This document shows, piece after piece, positions 7,960 through 15,758 of a DNA stretch of 37,437 nucleotides. The position numbers and the translations under genes are program-made. The stretch is from positions 1 through 37,437 of the forward strand of contig CAZZFH010000001.1 of the NCBI GenBank assembly GCA_964653295.1, read 5' to 3'. The DNA comes from an uncultured Candidatus Bathyarchaeia archaeon (GTDB taxonomy: Archaea > Thermoproteota > Bathyarchaeia > TCS64). Below the pieces are notes generated by a model that worked only from the letters and a program-made list of their open reading frames with translations, ran no database searches and was not told the origin of the DNA. The stretch's first letter is position 1. Each line of letters begins with the position of its first letter.

Positions 7960-8103
7960 AAATTTACTTACTTTTTCTATTCCTATTTTTTAGTGTTTTA
8001 GGTCAAATACCTAAGACTTATAACATACTATTTTCGTTAAAGGGGTAACTTATTTGTTAGATAAGTGGAAATTTCAAAATAGAAAACAATTGAGAGGTGA
8101 CAT

Positions 8104-8307
8104 ATACTGAGAGGCGTAGTTAAGAAATGGTTATACGATGATGGATTTGGATTCATCAAAACAAAAGATACTAAGAAGGATATTTTTTGCCACAGTCGAG
8201 ACGTGAAAAACTGTTATGATCTAGATAGTGGAGATGTAGTCGAGTTCGAGATCGAGAAGACCGATAAAGGCGTAAGAGCCGTCAACGTGAAGATAGTTTA
8301 TAACTAA
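8104..8307 (+). CDS. Cold-shock-domain (CSD/OB-fold) protein; non-canonical start at ATA 8104 or CTG 8107
   Basis: Absent from the ORF track. Hand translation gives (I)LRGVVKKWLYDDGFGFIKTKDTKKDIFCHSRDVKNCYDLDSGDVVEFEIEKTDKGVRAVNVKIVYN*. It has an RNP1-like GFGFI and an RNP2-like IFCHS. The frame opens at 8101 (TGA at 8098-8100). A strong SD, GAGGTGA, sits at 8093-8099. Confidence 0.75.
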   Translation: MLRGVVKKWLYDDGFGFIKTKDTKKDIFCHSRDVKNCYDLDSGDVVEFEIEKTDKGVRAVNVKIVYN

Positions 8308-8357
8308 TTCACATTTTTTAGACCAAATTATATACTGCATATTGTATTTGATGCCCT

Positions 8358-9944
8358 ATGTCGTTTGAGCTGAGGGACCGAGACCTATTGGGAAGAATAG
8401 GCAGGATCACAGTCAAAGGGAAAAACCTTGAAACACCGGCATTCATGCCAGTGGTAAACCCACTAATTGAGACAATCCTTCCCCGAAAGCTCAAAGAAGA
8501 GTTTGGATGCGAGATAATCATCACAAACAGCTACATCATACGGAACCACTTCAAGGATACCTCAAACCTTGAGCTACACAATCTCCTTGACTATGATGGG
8601 GTAGTGATGACTGATAGCGGCGCATACCAGATACTGGTCTATGGCGATGTCGAGGTAACCCAGCCAGAGATAATCGAGTGGCAGAAACAGATTGGCAGCG
8701 ATATCAGCGTCATCCTTGACATCCCCACAGGGTGGGATGTACCAAGGGAGACAGTTGAATACACGGTAGAGGAGACCCTCAGACGGGCGAAGGCAGCATT
8801 ACCGCTAATCGAGGATACCCCAAATCTATGGGTTGGACCTATTCAAGGGGGTAAACATCTGGATCTTGTAGCCGAGTCTGCGAAAAGGATCGGTGAGATG
8901 CCTTTTGATATTCACGCATTGGGGAGTCCAACAGAGGTCATGGAGCGATACATGTACCCGGTCCTTGTTGATATGGCCATGACTGCGAAACTCAATGCCC
9001 CAATCGAGCGCCCAATTCATCTCTTTGGGGCAGGACACCCCAACATATTCGCAATGAGTGTAGCCATGGGATATGACCTATTTGACTCGGCGGCATACGC
9101 CCTCTTCGCCAAAGACGAACGCTACCTCACCAATAGGGGCACATACATCTTCAAAGACCTCCAATATCTACCATGCAGTTGCCCGATCTGCAGAAACCGG
9201 AGCCCAGAAGACCTGCGAGACAGGTCGAAGGGAGAACGCCAACAGTTAATCGCTGAGCATAACATGCATGTGACAATGGCTGAGATGGAAATAGTAAAAC
9301 AAGCTATAACTGAAGGAAGTCTCTGGGACCTTGTAGAGACTAGAGCAAAGGGACATGCCCAGATGATGGCAGCATTGAAAACCCTAGAAAAGTATAGTAA
9401 ATACCTTGAGGAAGGCAGCCCGGGATTCAAAGGCAAAGGAGTATTCTATTATGATTACCATAGCCTCTCCAAGCCAGAGGTAATCAGGTACAATAAAAAA
9501 CTGCTCGAAAACTATCAAAGACCAACAGAAAAAGACATACAAGTACTCTTGACAGCGCCACCCCGAAAACCCTTCAACAAGAATCAAGGATTCAGGAAAC
9601 TCAAGAAACAGACCGTGGAATTCAATGACAGGATTCACTATTGTTTCATGGCTGCTCCATATGGGTTGATACCCGAGTATCTGGCTGAGACCTATCCCAC
9701 TAGCCAGTACCAGATAGCAGAGCCCCTAGACTATGAGACTGTTCAACACACTGTTGATGCCATCATGGAGTACCTAGAGAAACACCCCCTAGAACACACA
9801 GTAATCGTATACAGTAATACTCAGATAGATAACGAACTCATCAAGAGACTGGATGGGAAATACCCCACAATACTGAGTCAAGAACTGGGTGAAGAAGAAA
9901 CAGCTGAAGCATTATTAGATATATTGAAGCAGATCAACAAATAA
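8358..9944 (+). CDS. tgtA: Archaeosine tRNA-guanine transglycosylase (ArcTGT), apparently without a C-terminal PUA domain
   Basis: 528-aa ORF. It shows the TGT catalytic pattern (FELRDRD..GRIGRI...LETPAFMPVVNP, MTDSGAYQ, LFGAGHP) and the Zn site CSCPICR. I could not recognise a PUA motif in the C-terminal 150 aa. Confidence 0.85.
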   Translation: MSFELRDRDLLGRIGRITVKGKNLETPAFMPVVNPLIETILPRKLKEEFGCEIIITNSYIIRNHFKDTSNLELHNLLDYDGVVMTDSGAYQILVYGDVEVTQPEIIEWQKQIGSDISVILDIPTGWDVPRETVEYTVEETLRRAKAALPLIEDTPNLWVGPIQGGKHLDLVAESAKRIGEMPFDIHALGSPTEVMERYMYPVLVDMAMTAKLNAPIERPIHLFGAGHPNIFAMSVAMGYDLFDSAAYALFAKDERYLTNRGTYIFKDLQYLPCSCPICRNRSPEDLRDRSKGERQQLIAEHNMHVTMAEMEIVKQAITEGSLWDLVETRAKGHAQMMAALKTLEKYSKYLEEGSPGFKGKGVFYYDYHSLSKPEVIRYNKKLLENYQRPTEKDIQVLLTAPPRKPFNKNQGFRKLKKQTVEFNDRIHYCFMAAPYGLIPEYLAETYPTSQYQIAEPLDYETVQHTVDAIMEYLEKHPLEHTVIVYSNTQIDNELIKRLDGKYPTILSQELGEEETAEALLDILKQINK

Positions 9945-10107
9945 AAAAAGGGGTTTTTGATTATTTTAAGTAACATATAAAAAGGGCATTGCATTTTAGT
10001 GCCCTGTCCCCCTAGGGGAAATAGCGCGAGTTGTTCGTCAGGGAAAGGACTGAAAGACCGCTCCAAGCAGGAGCATAAATGGTTTTTCGACTAGGTTAAA
10101 GAATACA

Positions 10108-11367
10108 ATGGTTAAACTAAGTTTCATGGGCGGCACCCATCAAGTAGGTGGTAATGCCATCCTAGTTAACAGTAATGAAGGAAATCTACTCCTAGAGTAT
10201 GGAGTAAAACCCGGGACCCCACCGGAGTTCCCAGGACACATTAGAGCAAAAGACATCGATGGAATCGTCGTTGGGCATGCTCACCTGGATCACAGCGGGG
10301 CTGTACCCCTCTTTTATCTGAGTGAGAAAAAACCCTATTTCGCTACACGCACTACGAGCGAGTTGATGAAGATACTCATCAAGGACATGATTAAACTCAA
10401 CAGCTACTATCTGCCCTTCGAGTACCTTGAACTGGAGAAGATGCAGCAGCAGCGAAACGATCTAAAATATGGTCAGAAGGTGAAGCTCAAAGACTTTAAT
10501 TTCCAGCTAATCGATGCGGGTCACATCCCCGGAAGCGCGATGGTGGACATCGAGGTAAATGGGAAGAAGATTCTATACACGAGCGACTTCAACACAATTA
10601 CGACCCGGCTATGTAACGCCGCCAAGATTCCAAGGAAGAAATATGACGCTGTAGTCGTGGAATCAACATATGCCCTCCATGAGCACCCTGAGAGAAAGGC
10701 GCTGGAGAAGGAATTCGTCAATGACATAAAGTCCACCCTCAATCAAGGGGGAAAGGTGTTAATCCCCGCGTTCGCGGTTGGGAGAAGCCACGAGATGCTC
10801 AGTGTACTGTATGCTCACAAGTTCGAGGGATACAAACTACTGGACGGGATGGCGAGAGCAGTAAACAAGGTCATGCTCGAATACCCGGATTCAGTAAAAA
10901 CCCCCAAGACATACGCAAACGCGGTTAGGGATGTTCACGAGATCAGGGGCTGGAGAGACCGCAGGCAAGCTGTCCGTAAAGCAGACGTGATAGTAGCCCC
11001 CAGTGGAATGCTGCAGGGCGGTACTGTCATGTTTTATATGGAGAAACTGGCGCTGAACCCACAGAACAGCATATTCATCGTCAGCTTCCAAGTCCCAGGC
11101 ACCAATGGAGCTAGACTCATGGAGACAGGGATGTTCCCAATAAAGGATAAAGAGACAAAGGTATCTGCCAAGATCAAGCACTTCGACTTCAGCAGCCACA
11201 GCGGCAAGACACCACTCCAGCAATTCCTAAAGGGATTGAAAGGCAAACCAGATGTCTACGTGATACACGGAGAAGAAGAGTCTTGCGATTACCTCGCCGA
11301 ATACGTCAGAGATGAGCTTGATATGAACGGTGTTGCACCCAACAAGGAAGAAGAGTTCACAGTTTAA
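10108..11367 (+). CDS. Metallo-beta-lactamase / beta-CASP ribonuclease (aCPSF2-like; no KH domains)
   Basis: 419-aa ORF with the HAHLDHSG motif, a downstream DAGHIPGS, a TYALHEHPER-type motif and HGEEE near the C-terminus, which matches beta-CASP architecture. Confidence 0.8.
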   Translation: MVKLSFMGGTHQVGGNAILVNSNEGNLLLEYGVKPGTPPEFPGHIRAKDIDGIVVGHAHLDHSGAVPLFYLSEKKPYFATRTTSELMKILIKDMIKLNSYYLPFEYLELEKMQQQRNDLKYGQKVKLKDFNFQLIDAGHIPGSAMVDIEVNGKKILYTSDFNTITTRLCNAAKIPRKKYDAVVVESTYALHEHPERKALEKEFVNDIKSTLNQGGKVLIPAFAVGRSHEMLSVLYAHKFEGYKLLDGMARAVNKVMLEYPDSVKTPKTYANAVRDVHEIRGWRDRRQAVRKADVIVAPSGMLQGGTVMFYMEKLALNPQNSIFIVSFQVPGTNGARLMETGMFPIKDKETKVSAKIKHFDFSSHSGKTPLQQFLKGLKGKPDVYVIHGEEESCDYLAEYVRDELDMNGVAPNKEEEFTV

Positions 11368-11413
11368 TCTCAAACCTTTTATTCTTTTCAAACTCATTTT
11401 TCGGGATTTATAT

Positions 11414-12700
11414 ATGGGCAATAATGAGCAGCCTACCCGAGAGTATACCTTACGTGAATTAATGAAAGGCAATATTCTGGTCTTGACTGTAAGCCGGATA
11501 ATCTGGAGCCTTAGCAGCTCCATCGTATGGCCCTATCAATCATTATTTATTCAAGACTTGGGGGGTACCAAACCAATAATCGGACTGATAACAGCCTTGG
11601 GCAATGTCACAGGAATGCTCTTCTATCCCCTTGGAGGATACATCGCGGATAAATCAGGTAGGGCAAAACTTGTAGGATACGCGACCCTTCTCTATGCTAG
11701 TAGTTTCCTGATATACGCGTTTGCGCCCTCATGGGAGTGGATCGCGATTGCTATATCGGTACAACAATTGATGTTGTTTTACATGCCTGCTCTCAACGCC
11801 ATAATGGCTGACAGCATACCTCCGGGAGCACGGGGAAAGATACTGAGCCTAACCATTAGCATACCCGAGGCAGTAAGAATATTCGCACCCGTCATAGGAG
11901 GCTGGCTAATAGAGACCTATACACGGGTCCCAGCCATGAGAATTGGTTACTTGTTGAGCTTCATTACAGCAATGGCAGTAGGTGTTATGCGGATCAAGTT
12001 CCTGAAAGAGACACTTCCCCCACAGGAGTTCAAGTGGGATATCAAGAAAATATTCATCGAGAGCTACAAGGACATATGGAAATCCAGCCAATGGATATTC
12101 TCCAATCTACGAGGCTACACGGTAATAGCCATGGTCCTTATTTTTGTGGCTAGTCTCGTACAGCCGTTCTGGGTATTATACGCTAATGAGATAGTAGGGC
12201 TATCTGAGTGGCAGTGGGGCCAGATGCTTCTTGTTGCTGGATTAACCAAGACCATTGTGAGCCTTTTTGTCGGTAATTATGTGGATAAGATTGGCCCAAG
12301 AAAATGCATGATGATCGCATTTGTGCTTGGAGCACCGGGAATGATAGCTTTTCCATATGTAACGGGATTCGTTTCAGTGACACTGGTTTATGTTTTGCTT
12401 GTGCTTGCAAACGCGTTTGTCTGGATAAGTAGCGGCGTATACCTAGCCAATATTATTCCCAGAAACATCCGTGGGAGGATAATGGCGGGTCTAGGTCAGG
12501 GTATACCTCTTGGAATCTCGGGTGGTGGATATGCTCAGGGCTTTGTTCTGTTCATTCCCAATATGCTTGGGAGCTTGGTTAGTGGGTTCATCTATGAGTT
12601 AAACCCCATGTATCCATGGTACATCAATGCTGTAACGCTCGTTGCCTGTCTAGGATTCACCATTGGGATGGTCAAAGAGCCTGATCACGCTGAGGTATAA
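11414..12700 (+). CDS. MFS-type transporter
   Basis: About 12 predicted TM segments and an MFS-like loop motif (GGYIADKSGRAK). The ORF-track start at 11330 overlaps the upstream gene, so ATG 11414 (MGNNEQ) is preferred. Confidence 0.7.
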   Translation: MGNNEQPTREYTLRELMKGNILVLTVSRIIWSLSSSIVWPYQSLFIQDLGGTKPIIGLITALGNVTGMLFYPLGGYIADKSGRAKLVGYATLLYASSFLIYAFAPSWEWIAIAISVQQLMLFYMPALNAIMADSIPPGARGKILSLTISIPEAVRIFAPVIGGWLIETYTRVPAMRIGYLLSFITAMAVGVMRIKFLKETLPPQEFKWDIKKIFIESYKDIWKSSQWIFSNLRGYTVIAMVLIFVASLVQPFWVLYANEIVGLSEWQWGQMLLVAGLTKTIVSLFVGNYVDKIGPRKCMMIAFVLGAPGMIAFPYVTGFVSVTLVYVLLVLANAFVWISSGVYLANIIPRNIRGRIMAGLGQGIPLGISGGGYAQGFVLFIPNMLGSLVSGFIYELNPMYPWYINAVTLVACLGFTIGMVKEPDHAEV

Positions 12701-12750
12701 GCGAAACCATTAAAACCAACCTTACTTTTGTATGTGGACGCGTGAAAACA

Positions 12751-12945
12751 ATGCCAGTCGAGATAAAAGACAAGGAAAAATTCATTGAAATATCTGAGAA
12801 TGCCGCAGAGTGCCGGGTCAAGAAAAACAAGGACAATACCAAGCTCAAGCTTAGAACGGGAAAATACCTGTATACTATTAAGCTCGACCCTGATGAGGCG
12901 GATGAATTGGTTGGAAAATTAAACTGTCCAACAGTAGAGATTTAA
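12751..12945 (+). CDS. rpl38e: 50S ribosomal protein eL38
   Basis: MPVEIKDKEKFIEISENAAECRVKKNKDNTKLKLRTGKYLYTIKLDPDEADELVGKL parallels eukaryotic and archaeal eL38 (MPxxI.D...F.......K.V.IKKNKDN.KFK.R...YLYTL...D.EKAEKL). Confidence 0.8.
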   Translation: MPVEIKDKEKFIEISENAAECRVKKNKDNTKLKLRTGKYLYTIKLDPDEADELVGKLNCPTVEI

Positions 12946-12994
12946 AATCAGTTATATCTTGTTAATTAAAAATTATTTAAAAAAATTTAGAAAT

Positions 12995-13013
12995 AGTAGA
13001 TTTTTTTTCTACT
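12995..13013. terminator. Short hairpin (AGTAGA-T7-TCTACT) in T-rich DNA between convergent genes
   Basis: The inverted repeat 12995-13000 / 13008-13013 is embedded in oligo-T/oligo-A tracts between rpl38e (+) and the 83-aa ORF (-). Oligo-T is the usual archaeal termination signal. Confidence 0.35.
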
Positions 13014-13260
13014 TTTTCTCAAGATAGGCAATGTTGTTAACAACTGAGACCTCGACGCTGTTTTGAAGGTCTCTTGCATCGATTCTTTTCTTTAACTGTG
13101 TTCTGAGATAGTTGGCGTCTTTCTCCGGCACTTCCACCTTTACTAACTTGTGTTCACTTTTCATGAATGAATCGATGATGGGGTCATACTTACTGCCTTT
13201 TCTATATTTTCTTGAAGGCTTTTTTGATACTGGTTTTAAGTCGAACTTAACGTCACTCAT
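13009..13260 (-). CDS. Hypothetical small lysine-rich protein in an AT-rich island
   Basis: 83-aa ORF with an ATG start. No family recognised. It is flanked by very AT-rich intergenic DNA on both sides. Confidence 0.45.
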   Translation of the reverse strand: MSDVKFDLKPVSKKPSRKYRKGSKYDPIIDSFMKSEHKLVKVEVPEKDANYLRTQLKKRIDARDLQNSVEVSVVNNIAYLEKK

Positions 13261-13426
13261 ATTATACGCCTGATATTCTTGTCATCTATTTCCTTTATAT
13301 AAGTTATCATTGATTAATTGTTTATTGAATTAGTTACTCTCAAGTTGATAGAATAACTCTCATAAATAAAAATAACAAAAAAGTTTACACATGTATACAC
13401 AATATAATATATATAAAAAAATTAGA

Positions 13427-14554
13427 CTAAAGACAAACTCGTCTAATTAGTTGCTTGTAAGTCTCAACACCACGATCAATTTGCTCCAAACTAATATACT
13501 CATCAGGAGTATGCGCTTGATCTATGCTCCCCGGACCACAGATCACAGTAGGTATCCCAGCTTTTGAGTAGCTTACAGCCTCAGTATAATATGGTGCACC
13601 AACGGGCTCAGTACCAAGTATATCTTTTAATAAAGATACAATCGGTGAATCCAATGAGATATCTAATGGCAAACTAGCACTATTACTCAGTATTTCCGCT
13701 TTAAACATAGGATCATTTTCTGATAACCTGTTTATAATATCCATTAACCACTTCTTCGAGGTATTAGGGTCCTCATGACCGGGTACAAACCTGAAATTCA
13801 AGTTTAGATGAGCTTGATCAGGGATGATATTCGCCTTGAAGCCCCCTTTCATAATAGTGCATTCGACAGTAGTGGGTCCCAGAAGCGGATGCGGACTCTG
13901 GTTTAGCCTGTTTTGGAGGTCTCTAAGTTCATAGAGGAAATCGGCTGCTTTCTGGATCGCGTTTATACCTAACTCAGGTCGGCTGCTATGGGCAGCCTGC
14001 CCATGGATCATTACCTCAGCTCCCCCGGAGCCCTTGTGAGCTGGGATTATCTCCATCAAGCTAGGTTCACCTATCACCCCAAACATCGCCTCTTTGGGGG
14101 TAACCAGTCTATCTGAGAGCACCCGGTCCACGAACCACCCCCCAGTGTCCTCACCAGCAGTAAAAACGAGGGTCAACTGTTTCTTAAACTCCTCATTTAT
14201 CAATTCCTCTGCAGCTTGAATAATACAGGCATCGGGGCCCTTCATATCACAGGCGCCCCGACCGTATAGCCTACCATCCTTAACAATTGGCTCAAAGGGT
14301 CCAGAGACCTTCCATAGCCCCGGGTCACCAGCCAGTACAACATCTATATGCCCTGATAGAACCAGCCCAGGGTTGGTTCCTTCACCTATTTTTGCAATTA
14401 TGTTTGCTCTTCCCGGTTCTATGACCTGTAGATATGTATCGAAGCCTAGATTATCCAGATAGGCTTGTATCCATTCGGCGCAGGGTTGTTCCCTTGTTGG
14501 GGGTCCACTGGTATCGAATTTGATTAACTCCTTGGCTATATCAACGGCATTCAA
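13427..14554 (-). CDS. M20-family metallopeptidase (ArgE/DapE-like deacylase)
   Basis: 375-aa ORF with SGHIDVV and GRGACDMKG motifs and a FTAGEDTGG block, all typical of ArgE/DapE/CPG2 enzymes. TTG start. Confidence 0.8.
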   Translation of the reverse strand: MNAVDIAKELIKFDTSGPPTREQPCAEWIQAYLDNLGFDTYLQVIEPGRANIIAKIGEGTNPGLVLSGHIDVVLAGDPGLWKVSGPFEPIVKDGRLYGRGACDMKGPDACIIQAAEELINEEFKKQLTLVFTAGEDTGGWFVDRVLSDRLVTPKEAMFGVIGEPSLMEIIPAHKGSGGAEVMIHGQAAHSSRPELGINAIQKAADFLYELRDLQNRLNQSPHPLLGPTTVECTIMKGGFKANIIPDQAHLNLNFRFVPGHEDPNTSKKWLMDIINRLSENDPMFKAEILSNSASLPLDISLDSPIVSLLKDILGTEPVGAPYYTEAVSYSKAGIPTVICGPGSIDQAHTPDEYISLEQIDRGVETYKQLIRRVCL

Positions 14555-14608
14555 CTGATCTCACTGCAAAAAGCAACCTCAACGTATTTAGAGTTTCAGA
14601 AAGGTGAT

Positions 14609-14687
14609 TGGTGCTCCCGCCGGGATTCGAACCCGGGTTCTCCAACTCGAAAGGCTGGAATGCTTGTCCGGACTACACCACGGGAGC
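14609..14687 (-). tRNA. tRNA-Glu (anticodon UUC), genomically encoded CCA
   Basis: The reverse complement GCTCCCGTGGTGTAGTCCGGACAAGCATTCCAGCCTTTCGAGTTGGAGAACCCGGGTTCGAATCCCGGCGGGAGCACCA folds as a cloverleaf. Acceptor stem is GCTCCCG/CGGGAGC, anticodon stem CCAGC/GTTGG, anticodon loop CTTTCGA, and T-arm CCGGG-TTCGAAT-CCCGG. Confidence 0.93.
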
Positions 14688-14714
14688 ACGTACCATCATT
14701 AACCACGAAGCCTG

Positions 14715-14751
14715 TTTATAATTGTTTTTCAACGGGAGTAGTTTTTATATT
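14715..14751. promoter_or_regulatory. Divergent TATA-box candidates for the two tRNA genes
   Basis: TTTATAA (14715-14721) lies about 28-34 nt upstream of the tRNA-Glu 5' end on the minus strand. TTTTTATATT (14742-14751) lies about 29-38 nt upstream of the tRNA(CAU) 5' end. Confidence 0.5.
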
Positions 14752-14779
14752 GAGGTTGCTAGTTTATTGGCTGTGCGTG

Positions 14780-14858
14780 GGGCCTGTAGCTCAGTTTGGC
14801 CTAGAGCACCTGGCTCATAACCAGGGGGTCATGGGTTCAAATCCCTTCAGGCCCACCA
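14780..14858 (+). tRNA. tRNA with CAU anticodon. It is Met by anticodon, but the body resembles archaeal tRNA-Ile, so it may be tRNA-Ile2 (agmatidine-modified, AUA-decoding). CCA is genomically encoded.
   Basis: GGGCCTGTAGCTCAGTTTGGCCTAGAGCACCTGGCTCATAACCAGGGGGTCATGGGTTCAAATCCCTTCAGGCCCACCA. Acceptor stem is GGGCCTG/CAGGCCC, anticodon stem CTGGC/ACCAG region with loop CTCATAA. It is not initiator-like, since there is no AGCGGG 5' end. Confidence 0.9.
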
Positions 14859-15180
14859 TCACTCTTTCTCGGGGTTGCTTGTTATGCCTATTATCACGAT
14901 TATGATGAGGGATATACCAGCTAGAAGGTGATTAATGTCATTATATCGATTGAGAAGATTGGGTTTGAGCTAATGATGATGGATAAACCTATGTAGACCC
15001 ATGGAGATGAGCCCGAGGAAGAGCCTCCAGCAGGAAGTCTGGACGCCTGTCTTCAGGATATAGTTCTTGTAGGAATATGCCGAAGCCGTATTTTGATAGT
15101 GTTGCTGCGATCTGGGCGTATCTTGATAGACGATTGACCATTGATAATGATGGAGGATCATAATTAATTAAACGAGCCAT
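14859..15180 (-). pseudogene. Remnant of an ABC1/UbiB-family kinase gene: N-terminal ~60 codons plus a possible C-terminal TM tail, with the kinase core missing
   Basis: ORF 14989-15180 encodes ...RLSRYAQIAATLSKYGFGIFLQEL..., the N-terminal helix signature of ABC1/UbiB kinases (R..eI...L.KYGFG), and then stops after 63 aa. A different frame at 14859-14969 encodes LKPNLLNRYNDINHLLAGISLIIIVIIGITSNPEKE*, which resembles the C-terminal TM tail. Full-length family members are about 550 aa. Confidence 0.5.
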
Positions 15181-15245
15181 GGTGTGATGTGAATGTTCAT
15201 TGAAAACTTTTAGTATTATAATGCGTAACCTAGTACTGATTTGTC

Positions 15246-15608
15246 GTGGCGAATATCCTAGTTGTTGATGATGAGAATGATATTCTTGATATGACGGGCA
15301 TCATGCTCGATGATGTGGGATATGATGTTCTTACCGCTTCGAATGGAGAGACAGCGATTGAGATGGTAAAAGACAACAATATCGATCTCATACTTCTCGA
15401 TGCTGTGATGCCTGGGATGAATGGATTGGAGGTCTGCAGGACATTAAAGAGAAATGCCCAAACACGAGGCATACCGATTATTATTTTCAGTGCACTGGGA
15501 AACGGTCTTGATATGATGCTTGAGAATAGAGACAAGGCTGATGCCTACATAACTAAGCCGTTCACAAGAAAAGTATTACTCGAGAAGATAAATGAACTAT
15601 TGTTCTAA
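15246..15608 (+). CDS. Single-domain response regulator (CheY-like receiver)
   Basis: 120 aa. It has the acidic pocket VVDDE, the phospho-acceptor motif LILLDAVMPGMNG, IIIFSA and the conserved YITKPF lysine. GTG start. Confidence 0.88.
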   Translation: MANILVVDDENDILDMTGIMLDDVGYDVLTASNGETAIEMVKDNNIDLILLDAVMPGMNGLEVCRTLKRNAQTRGIPIIIFSALGNGLDMMLENRDKADAYITKPFTRKVLLEKINELLF

Positions 15609-15758
15609 GGAACTTGTTTTACTCTCATAAATTCAGGAATTATGTGGGGTGGAATTAGGTTATTTTTGGTATTTACCGGTTTCTGATAGAAACCTTTTAA
15701 ATTGGACGACTCGTTACACTCGTAGAATCCAAGGAAACTTGGGCATTACATTCAACAA

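Noticed and set aside
9878-10107. A 62-aa minus ORF and small GC hairpins (GGGCA...TGCCC at 9984-10004; CCCCTAGGGG at 10009-10018) downstream of tgtA, considered as a possible sRNA
   Set aside because: The ORF looks like noise. The hairpins are short (5 bp), and I found no C/D or H/ACA box arrangement. They are probably 3'-UTR or terminator structure.
14895-14985. ATGATGA motifs (two copies) that resemble C-boxes of C/D box sRNAs
   Set aside because: There are no properly spaced CUGA D/D' boxes and no terminal stem. The region is better explained as decayed ABC1-kinase coding sequence.
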